32,000 nucleotides of DNA from Candidatus Saccharimonadota bacterium (GTDB lineage: Archaea; Nanohalarchaeota; Nanosalinia; Nanosalinales; Nanosalinaceae), in the NCBI RefSeq assembly GCF_029232205.1, contig NZ_CP107255.1, forward strand, positions 570,001-602,000, written 5' to 3'. The notes beneath the pieces were generated by a model. That model made no database searches, was not told the DNA's origin, and worked only from the letters and a program-made list of their open reading frames with translations. Positions 24,975-32,000 of the stretch are shown here, in pieces (position 1 is the first letter of the stretch; each line of letters starts with the position of its first letter). A program made the translations under genes and the position numbers.

Positions 24975-27900
24975 TGGTACCCCACCAACTGCCAGAAGAA
25001 GCTGAAGAAGACCGGAGTCTTCCCCTCTGTCTGAGTTTCCTGATCATCGCAGCCAGTAAGCAGAGGCCCACAGTTGTCTTCAAGAGTTACTCCGATGTTT
25101 TCTCCGGAGCCCTGGCCTTTAGGATTGTAGTCAGGATGGTAAGGATTTTCGTTCTGACGCCAGTAAAATGCTATCTGTGAGGCGTTATCAGGATCTCCTC
25201 TCTGACTGCTATCAATTAGATCATGGCCATTGCCACTGCTTCTCAAGTATTCGTTTACTCTTTCGTTGTCAAGATCGTACCATTCTCCACCGACCTCTTC
25301 AACGGTACCATCGTCATCATAGTCATAGTTATCATACGTTACATCATCACCAGGATCATCGGCTGGAAGAGTCTCCTCGTAGACAATACCGTCCTGCGTA
25401 AAGCTTTCACCACTGCTATCGATCGCAAGACAGACTTCTTTATCAGGAGAATAACCTCCTTCCTCATAATCCGAGTAAGCCTCTGTACCAACGGTCCTGA
25501 CAGTTCCCTCAGGAACATCTTCTCCATACCACAGACAATCAGTAACCCTGTCAGCAGTACCTTCAAGGTGATGGCTCTTAATAGGGCCTTCATTAACTTC
25601 AGGGCCCTCCATCGCTATCCAGAACTCTTCTGTAGTATCTCCAGCACACCGCTTATCTGAACTCTGTGTAGGGCTGTCGGAGTCAGATCCATAGTTTGAA
25701 CCGATTGCTGCATCTGGATCAAGTTCCTGGAACATCTTGCAGACTCCAAGAGACTGATTGGTATCCTGAATATTGCTTTCGAAAGTTACTGCTGTGGGAT
25801 AGGCCTGGCTGCCTGCCTGATAGGAAGGATCTGTCGGGTTATCCCAGTTGTTGATATTCCGAGGCCTTATATCCAGAGCTCCTACACAGTGAGTGAAAGG
25901 ATCGCCGCAGCCATTAGTATTGATACTTACATGGCCCAGCGCATCTGCAGGCTGAACAATATCCATAGCGCCACCGCTGTTCGTCTCAGTATTCATGAAC
26001 CTGTTACTGACTCCCTGAATCTCAACCTGGCCGTTTCCAAGATAACCTCTTCTCTGCAGAATTGCCATATAACCATCGGACTGGCCCTGAGGCCCGTCAA
26101 CATCCCATGATTGGAAGTAATCTCTGACAGATTCAAATGCATCACCGTCTACCCTCATATGGTATGAGCTGGAGGAAATGGCTTCGTCATTACCTAGCAT
26201 ATTGTTATCAGTATCTACAGCATAGGCATAGTAGGAATCACCGTTGAAGGCGTTGTACTTAATATTTGAGCGGGTGTAAGCCTCATCTCCATACTTGAAA
26301 GTGTCGCCCTCAAAGAGTGCATCAGTAGGGAACATTGGTGCGTAAGAAGGATTCTCCGCAGGATTCAAATCGAATACTTTCTCAGTATGAAGCTCAAGAT
26401 CCTCGTACCGGTAGGTGATTGTGTTGCTTGTCTGGCCCGTAGCAATATCCTGATTTGAAATCGGCCCGACAGTATCAACTGAAGGACTATCACTACAGCC
26501 AATGCTACTATCGCAAGATTCTTCTTCTGTTTCACTCAGACACGAGTCGTCATCTACTTGTTCGGTCTCGTAACCTGGATGATGAGTTACTTCTACAGAT
26601 AGCTGATTTAGATTTGTACTTTCCTTACTATGTTGATGGCTTCCGCTGCTGTCTGCATAATACTGCTCGTTATCATTGGTTGAAACAGTGGTAGTTGTCT
26701 CGCTCTTTAGAGTGTATTTTGTATCAGTATCTTGATCTATACTTGTACACTTCTCGGTACCCGTACCAGAGCAGTTAGCTCCAGAACACTGATCAACAGA
26801 ACCTCCGTCCTCGCCCCAAGTCTCCACATTCTTATCACCAGTAAGATCATAGTCTGTAACTGATGCATCTGATTCCGAAGAACCGATATAAGACTCTCCA
26901 ACTTTTTCCGGATATACCATCCAAAGCTCATCAGGTACACTATCCCCGTCATCATCTTTCAGATAGTAATCAGGAACATCCTCCCATTCCTGATCCTGGA
27001 CAACCTGATCATCAACCTCACCAGCATCAGCCTGTGTGCCACTCTGAAGGTCGGCCGTGTACGGATCAGAACCACTGATATCATCTGTTTTCTGGCCCTG
27101 TGCCTCTGGGGCTATAAGTCCTGATCCGGAGTTACTAAACTTGTATTCAATAGTATCGTCAGTGTCATCGTTACTGTTCTTTGAATTTAGATATTCTCCA
27201 TTGTTTGCATTATTGTTAGAATCGCCAATAGACACACCGTTAGCATTATTGGCATCCCATTGACCAATATTACTGTTAAATCGATCAGAGAGAGTCTCTG
27301 AGGACTGGCTCTTAGTCGTTCCAGCATCGTCAGGAAGACCGTAGTCCTCAGGACAGTCAAGGTTATTCTCATCACCTCCTCTTACCGCATCACCACACTG
27401 AGAGCCATCGCCGGTAGTAGTATCATCATGTGGAGCATCAATCAACTCTGCAGAACCATCTTCTACAGCAGTAGTCGTGGAACCTGGCATGTTTCCTTCA
27501 TGACGGGACTCGCTAATACTTATTGTCTCACCTCTCAAAACCCCCGCAGCCCAGTCATTAGAACCTTCAACATAGGTCTCATTAATTTGATCAGTATCCA
27601 GAACCTGGTCAGGACTGACAGTTACAGATGAACCGTTCTGAATTACCTCTGCACCGTAGAAAATAGAGGAGTCATCTTCTGTTGGAGATGAAAGATACTG
27701 GCCGAAGACCCAGGAAGCATCCAGGTCGTAGATATTGGCCTCCGAATTATCATATTCATAAGGTGGAGAACACCCTGGATCCGGGCCGCTAGCTCCAGCC
27801 TCTTGCCAGTTAGGAGTTCCATCATTATCACTGTCAGCTCCCTCTCCATCAACCAAACCATCACCATCATTATCATTTCCATCCAAGCATGCGGAAGGTT

Positions 27901-28063
27901 GTGCAGGAGAATCTGGCGGAGAAGTGCCGGTATCCTTAGCGCCGCCAGTGAATTCATAAGAAGAAACAAGGCCAGCAGCGGTCAAGAACAAAAGGACTAC
28001 AACTAGAGCTTTTCCTACATTCATACAATTCATAGGTGAGACCCTGAATAAAAAACCTCTCAA
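24971..28063 (-). CDS. very large secreted acidic protein (up to 1030 aa) with an N-terminal Asp-rich metal-binding-type motif and a C-terminal Cys-framed module
   Basis: The maximal ORF starts at TTG 28063. The more likely start is ATG 28024 (MNVGKALVVVLLFLTAAGLVSS, a signal peptide), which has a TATA-like ttttttatt about 27 nt upstream. D/S/T/G/N-rich with scattered Cys. Stop overlaps the start of the 974-aa gene. Confidence 0.85.
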   Translation of the reverse strand: MRGFLFRVSPMNCMNVGKALVVVLLFLTAAGLVSSYEFTGGAKDTGTSPPDSPAQPSACLDGNDNDGDGLVDGEGADSDNDGTPNWQEAGASGPDPGCSPPYEYDNSEANIYDLDASWVFGQYLSSPTEDDSSIFYGAEVIQNGSSVTVSPDQVLDTDQINETYVEGSNDWAAGVLRGETISISESRHEGNMPGSTTTAVEDGSAELIDAPHDDTTTGDGSQCGDAVRGGDENNLDCPEDYGLPDDAGTTKSQSSETLSDRFNSNIGQWDANNANGVSIGDSNNNANNGEYLNSKNSNDDTDDTIEYKFSNSGSGLIAPEAQGQKTDDISGSDPYTADLQSGTQADAGEVDDQVVQDQEWEDVPDYYLKDDDGDSVPDELWMVYPEKVGESYIGSSESDASVTDYDLTGDKNVETWGEDGGSVDQCSGANCSGTGTEKCTSIDQDTDTKYTLKSETTTTVSTNDNEQYYADSSGSHQHSKESTNLNQLSVEVTHHPGYETEQVDDDSCLSETEEESCDSSIGCSDSPSVDTVGPISNQDIATGQTSNTITYRYEDLELHTEKVFDLNPAENPSYAPMFPTDALFEGDTFKYGDEAYTRSNIKYNAFNGDSYYAYAVDTDNNMLGNDEAISSSSYHMRVDGDAFESVRDYFQSWDVDGPQGQSDGYMAILQRRGYLGNGQVEIQGVSNRFMNTETNSGGAMDIVQPADALGHVSINTNGCGDPFTHCVGALDIRPRNINNWDNPTDPSYQAGSQAYPTAVTFESNIQDTNQSLGVCKMFQELDPDAAIGSNYGSDSDSPTQSSDKRCAGDTTEEFWIAMEGPEVNEGPIKSHHLEGTADRVTDCLWYGEDVPEGTVRTVGTEAYSDYEEGGYSPDKEVCLAIDSSGESFTQDGIVYEETLPADDPGDDVTYDNYDYDDDGTVEEVGGEWYDLDNERVNEYLRSSGNGHDLIDSSQRGDPDNASQIAFYWRQNENPYHPDYNPKGQGSGENIGVTLEDNCGPLLTGCDDQETQTEGKTPVFFSFFWQLVGYQ

Positions 28064-28095
28064 CTGAAAACAGCACAGCCTCTCTTAGGAGAAAG

Positions 28096-28103
28096 ATATA
28101 AAA
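28096..28103 (+). promoter_or_regulatory. TATA-like box (atataaaa) in the 75-bp divergent spacer upstream of the lipoprotein gene
   Basis: AT-rich octamer 36-45 nt upstream of the two candidate TTG starts (28139, 28148). An SD-like gaggg (28134-28138) sits 9 nt before the second TTG. Confidence 0.3.
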
Positions 28104-28138
28104 ACCTGCGTGACGTTATTTCCTAGTAACAACGAGGG

Positions 28139-28210
28139 TTGTCTATATTGAAAAGAAGAGGATTTCTAGCCGCAACAGGAACCGCAATCGCAACAGGCCT
28201 AGCCGGATGT
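28139..28210 (+). other. Tat signal peptide plus lipobox
   Basis: MSILKRRGFLAATGTAIATGLAGC contains the S/T-R-R-x-F-L consensus plus L-A-G-C, the classic haloarchaeal Tat-lipoprotein arrangement. Confidence 0.7.
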
Positions 28211-29830
28211 AGTGGTGTAACAGGAGGAAATAATAATAATAACCGCGAAGGTTCTACCAGCAAAACCAATATCTCTGTAAGTATCTCTACTGAGGCCGAA
28301 CCCTCACAGCTACCTTCTATCTGGAACGATCAGAGTATCGAAGACTTTCAGGCAGAGTTCTCCGTTGAGACCAGCGGGGGCCCAACACAGGCAACAGTCT
28401 CAAATGGAAAAGTAGAGATCAACCAGGAATCAGAGCAGTGGAACAGCAACACAGTAACAGTACAGCCAGGCCAGATGAACTCTGGAGAACAAGAATTCAC
28501 AGCAACAGCCGAGAAAAACGGAACACAGGCCCAAGATACTACAACAGCCACCAAACCAACTCCTGGCAACTACAAAGTCGACGTAGTGCCAGAGAGAAAC
28601 GAAGAACTCCGAAGCACAATCGAAAACAACTCAGACGAAGAAGATTACTTGGAGGCCCGCGGCAACTTCGTCGAACAAGACCCAGTATTCGATACTTACA
28701 GCAGCCACAAAGCCGTAGGATTCGACAAACTCGGAATCGACCTAGTCGCACGAGAATGGAGACACGACAACGACTACGAAAGCCTAGAAACTGGTAGTCC
28801 AGAAGCATCCCGAGAATTCATCCAAAGCATAGGCACCGACACCGGAAACCCTGATATACAGGCAATAAAAAACGGAAACTCAGGAACAACTTGGTACCCA
28901 AATGGCAACTTCAGCCAGAGAGACGCAGGACACTTCGACTACCAAAAATTCGCCAACGCACAAACAGTAGGAGAAGCACTCGACCAAGTGCATCCATACT
29001 ACTTCAACTGGCAATCAGACATACTCGGCAGAGAACCAACCTCCGCAGTCGACTTCATCGACGCACCAGTCCTCGAACAGGCCATCGAACAGAAAAACAA
29101 TAATGACTTGGAGGTACATGCCTGGGACTTCGACCTCGATGAACACGGAAACGGCCTCATCTACGGAAAGAACGCGGATGGCAGCGACGAACTCCGCATC
29201 ATGGAGACAGTCACCAACCCAGTAACAGCATCACCAGCAAATGTCCACGAACAACTACACCCACTAGTTGAGGACTCAAACTACCTCAACCCAGAACACG
29301 ACGAATTCAACCGGTACTGGCACCCACTCAGATTCGGATGGGAAGAACACAGCAACAGCACACGATGGAACTTCGAAGAAGAGAAACGGCGAGCAAGCCA
29401 AATGATTCAAAACATCGCCACTTCTGGACGCCTAGCCCGCACATCAGGCGAAGGCTCCGGAATGGAAACAACAGAAACAGTAGCACCAACAACAGAATAC
29501 CTCCAAGACTTCACAGAAAAACTGAGAAACTACAACCAAAACGATGCAGAATTCCAGCAACTACACAACCAAGCCAAAATAGCCAACGAACTGGTTAGAA
29601 GAGACAGTAAAGAAAATTTCGTAATCTATGGCGATACGGAGAATCCGCAGTACGCGGTAGTAGAAGATGATGAAGTTATTGAGGATATCTGGGAGGATGA
29701 GGATGGCCAGTATGATGATTTCAACCAGTTCCTCCGCGACAACCCTTCATACTCAATGAGCACAGAAGAAATCGATGCCACACTAGAAGGAGAACAAACA
29801 GAAGACCTCAGCCAGCAAACGCTGGCCTGA
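28139..29830 (+). CDS. Tat-exported lipoprotein of unknown function (563 aa)
   Basis: TTG start, or the in-frame TTG at 28148. Twin-arginine motif KRRGFLAA followed by the lipobox LAGC (Cys24). Thr/Gln/Asn-rich linker and an acidic C-terminal tail. No further Cys. Confidence 0.85.
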   Translation: MSILKRRGFLAATGTAIATGLAGCSGVTGGNNNNNREGSTSKTNISVSISTEAEPSQLPSIWNDQSIEDFQAEFSVETSGGPTQATVSNGKVEINQESEQWNSNTVTVQPGQMNSGEQEFTATAEKNGTQAQDTTTATKPTPGNYKVDVVPERNEELRSTIENNSDEEDYLEARGNFVEQDPVFDTYSSHKAVGFDKLGIDLVAREWRHDNDYESLETGSPEASREFIQSIGTDTGNPDIQAIKNGNSGTTWYPNGNFSQRDAGHFDYQKFANAQTVGEALDQVHPYYFNWQSDILGREPTSAVDFIDAPVLEQAIEQKNNNDLEVHAWDFDLDEHGNGLIYGKNADGSDELRIMETVTNPVTASPANVHEQLHPLVEDSNYLNPEHDEFNRYWHPLRFGWEEHSNSTRWNFEEEKRRASQMIQNIATSGRLARTSGEGSGMETTETVAPTTEYLQDFTEKLRNYNQNDAEFQQLHNQAKIANELVRRDSKENFVIYGDTENPQYAVVEDDEVIEDIWEDEDGQYDDFNQFLRDNPSYSMSTEEIDATLEGEQTEDLSQQTLA

Positions 29831-29855
29831 GCCCTAAAAAACTTCTGTCTCCTTC

Positions 29856-32000
29856 TTAGTTTCCGTTTTTCAGGTAGTCAGATATTTCACTGGCTCCCAT
29901 CTTGTCGAAGCTGTAGCTCAGGTTCTGCTGCCACATCTCATTCATCTTCTCGACCTGGCTGCTAATTACTCTCCGAGTGAGATCTGATTTCTCTACGTCT
30001 AGAGGGAACGAACAACCTCCACACACTGCCTGCTCATCAAACCAGGATTTCTGTATGTTGTCATTGAAAGAACCTTTTAGCAAGCTTTGCGCACGAGTCT
30101 GCGCCTTAGCTACATCATCAGTAGATCTCACATCAAGATTTCCTTCACCAGTAATTACTGCGCCGTTGGAGTTGGTAAACTCGAGGCGGCAGGAATACAC
30201 ATTGGTATTTATCTTTCCAACAAGAGGGACTGGCACCTGAGGGTTAGTTCCTACCCCAGTAACCTCCTTCGCAAACCAATCTTCCTCGCGTGTAGAAGGA
30301 TCCAGAGAAGGCCTCTCTGAAAGCTCTCCATCCCAGCATAGAGCCCTGATAGACTCTATTGTAGCAGCCTGATCATTATCAGCATCCTCCTTGGCTTCAT
30401 AATAGGTAGTAAGGAAACTGCTACTTGTTCTAAACTCATATGGCATTATGAAGAATCCTGCAGTATCAGGATTTTCGTTTCCTGTCGGTTCAAATGCGTA
30501 GGCATCAAGATCCCACTGAATATCACCAGTACACTCCCAAAACTGGCCTGTATATCCCCATTGGAGGCCTGGTTCGCAGGTTGGGTAGAATCCTCCGTCG
30601 AAGACACTGTCTCTTAGTACTGATACATCGTTTTCTTGAATGTTTTCTGCGGTTCCTAAGACTCCTGCAGTGTATTGGCCTGTTGCGTTGCTTGGGTTCC
30701 ATACTTGTCTGATTGCTGTTTCGTCGGTGTCGTCTACTGCACGTGTGTATGCTTGTCCTCTTGAGATGTTGAGTTCGTCGTATTTTGAGGCGTTGTGTGT
30801 GTAGGGTCTTTGGTATGTGTCTCCAGTTGAGCCTTCTAGGTATCTTAGTTCTGCTGCGTGGATATGGTCGAATCTTACGTTGTTGAATCCTGAGGTTGTT
30901 GCAAAGCTTGTTCCTTTGAACTCGGCATTTCCTAGAGGTATGGCTTCTTTAGGCACGTAGTACTTGACTGCTAGTGCTGTTTCTGGTGCTGAAGTGTTGT
31001 GGAATGTTCCTAACCGGCAGTCGCCATCTCCAGTACACCTTCTCTGTGGATCACCGTAGCCAGGATAAGTTCGTTGACGCATGTCGTAGAGGCATGCTGT
31101 GTCTTTCTCTGTTGTAACTGGGTCGTTGCCGGTGTAGCTGTTTTCTACAGCATCATATCCTTCACAGAGAAAGATATCGGGCTCTCCGGTACGGACACTT
31201 GAGTAGACGTTGCCATAATCACAGTCAGTGGTGGCATCCGTAAAGGCGGCTCCTGAGTTTTGATCTGCAAACACCACTTTAACGCCGTCACTTTCCCTGA
31301 TGCCTACAGTCGGATCTGCACAGTTATTTTCCACATAGGGCAACCAAGAGTTTGGTTGATTTCCTCTCCAGTCTTGCCCATTTCCTAGCACATCGCACCT
31401 GAATCGACCGTTATCTGTATCTACTATTTCTCCATCCATAGAGCCACGGCAAATATGGAACAACCTATTGCCTTTCAGTATTTCTGTATCCGGGCTGTAT
31501 GTTGAACTATCATCGTGAGCTGGCGTACAGGAGTCAAAGTTATTTTCGAAGGCCGTGCATGCGCCTTTATCCTGACCTATAACATATTCCATGTCTCCGA
31601 AGTTCTGATCCCACACATCCTGTGCACCTAGGTTATCTCCCAAGTTGTGGTTGTTTGTGAAAACTTCTGATGTAGAACCTATATCCGATAGAGAAGTAGC
31701 CTCATGACCTAGTATTTCACCTGGTTGAGGCCTATATCTTCCGTAGTCATCCTCTCCATCAGGCCAGGCTTTCCAGTCTGTCTCTTGAAGAAGTATATCT
31801 CCCTGATTTATGTCGTTTACTCCGTGAATATTGCTGTTTCCAGGACTGTTGTAGAAAGGCTCCCTATCGTTCGTTAAAATAAAGTCTCTTATTTTATTCG
31901 CATTTACGTCCATCTCAACATATAGATATGCTCCTTTATTTGCACTTACACGGTCTTTAGGCTCTACAGTTAGATCAAAGGTACCTACTGTAAAGGACTC
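29856..32000 (-). CDS. large Cys-rich extracellular-type protein, 5'-truncated by the window edge (more than 714 aa)
   Basis: The ORF track starts it at ATG 31913, but I translated 31914-32000 in the same frame and found no stop (...ESFTVGTFDLTVEPKDRVSANKGAYLYVE-MDVNANK). The listed N-terminus has no signal peptide, so the gene most likely begins beyond 32000. More than 20 Cys, acidic, N-x-S/T sequons. Confidence 0.8.
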   Translation of the reverse strand, partial: ESFTVGTFDLTVEPKDRVSANKGAYLYVEMDVNANKIRDFILTNDREPFYNSPGNSNIHGVNDINQGDILLQETDWKAWPDGEDDYGRYRPQPGEILGHEATSLSDIGSTSEVFTNNHNLGDNLGAQDVWDQNFGDMEYVIGQDKGACTAFENNFDSCTPAHDDSSTYSPDTEILKGNRLFHICRGSMDGEIVDTDNGRFRCDVLGNGQDWRGNQPNSWLPYVENNCADPTVGIRESDGVKVVFADQNSGAAFTDATTDCDYGNVYSSVRTGEPDIFLCEGYDAVENSYTGNDPVTTEKDTACLYDMRQRTYPGYGDPQRRCTGDGDCRLGTFHNTSAPETALAVKYYVPKEAIPLGNAEFKGTSFATTSGFNNVRFDHIHAAELRYLEGSTGDTYQRPYTHNASKYDELNISRGQAYTRAVDDTDETAIRQVWNPSNATGQYTAGVLGTAENIQENDVSVLRDSVFDGGFYPTCEPGLQWGYTGQFWECTGDIQWDLDAYAFEPTGNENPDTAGFFIMPYEFRTSSSFLTTYYEAKEDADNDQAATIESIRALCWDGELSERPSLDPSTREEDWFAKEVTGVGTNPQVPVPLVGKINTNVYSCRLEFTNSNGAVITGEGNLDVRSTDDVAKAQTRAQSLLKGSFNDNIQKSWFDEQAVCGGCSFPLDVEKSDLTRRVISSQVEKMNEMWQQNLSYSFDKMGASEISDYLKNGN

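Noticed and set aside
28229-28243. An (AAT)4-AAC microsatellite encoding N5 just after the lipobox, considered as a possible phase-variation tract.
   Set aside because: It is a trinucleotide repeat in frame, so slippage would only change linker length and not reading frame. It is too short to argue for contingency behaviour.
28139-29830. A single-gene inversion of the Tat-lipoprotein gene. Its A/C-ending codon usage is opposite to the other plus-strand genes, and it is the only plus-strand gene between 17.3 and 32 kb.
   Set aside because: The flanking minus-strand genes (23.3-28.1 kb and much of 29.9-32 kb) show the complementary bias. The whole region shares one strand asymmetry, so a regional skew switch or mosaic explains it without a private inversion. 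A 23.3-30.56 kb block inversion is also unlikely, because undoing it would not reconstitute intact boundary ORFs.
1-32000. A search for CRISPR arrays, tRNA/rRNA genes, IS elements, integrases and terminal or direct repeats flanking the HEPN islet or the surface cluster.
   Set aside because: I saw no spaced direct repeats and no tRNA-like T-loop or acceptor patterns in the intergenic gaps, only one of which exceeds 180 bp. No transposase or integrase-like ORFs were found, and no convincing target-site duplications around 19.3-20.5 kb. Absence by eye is not proof; covariance-model and repeat-finder scans should confirm.

Overview
All calls below come from reading the sequence and ORF track by eye; tallies are hand counts and no searches were run.

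This is a gene-dense archaeal chromosomal segment. It best fits a salt-in halophile with a small genome, probably DPANN / Nanohaloarchaeota-like, but that taxonomic placement is inference.
- Almost every predicted protein is strongly acidic.
- Archaeal markers are present: aCPSF1/FttA beta-CASP RNase, proteasome beta subunit, and an archaeal/eukaryal-type ProRS.
- A twin-arginine lipoprotein signal is present.
- TATA-like boxes sit about 25-30 nt upstream of many start codons, which suggests leaderless transcripts.

I call 26 CDS, one of them running off the right edge. I saw no rRNA, tRNA, CRISPR array or IS/transposase.

Layout:
1. 0.4-7.3 kb, minus strand: two translationally coupled secreted multi-LamG proteins, one carrying a nested FAM3/ILEI-like domain, followed by three acidic cytoplasmic proteins of unknown function.
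2. 7.3-9.1 kb: a tight four-gene operon with a FAN1-type VRR-NUC nuclease fused to an AbrB-like domain, plus a CsaA-like tRNA-binding protein.
3. 9.2-19.3 kb: housekeeping genes (SDR-type NAD-binding protein, aCPSF1, PsmB, M20 peptidase, DEAD-box helicase, MtaD-like deaminase).
4. 19.4-20.5 kb: an AT-rich, non-acidic gene with an R-N-x-x-x-H HEPN motif, wedged directly behind proS. This is a candidate single-gene defence islet.
5. 22-32 kb: four very large exported proteins. Two are translationally coupled giants that share a Cys-framed module, one is a Tat lipoprotein, and one is a Cys-rich protein truncated by the window. This is my best candidate for an undescribed host-attachment or surface system.

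Two sequence-level signals are not explained by the gene calls:
- The palindrome AGGCCT is roughly ten-fold over-represented. It is absent from the HEPN islet and sparse in the surface cluster.
- Strand composition and synonymous codon choice flip abruptly at about 23.3 kb, inside an intact ORF.
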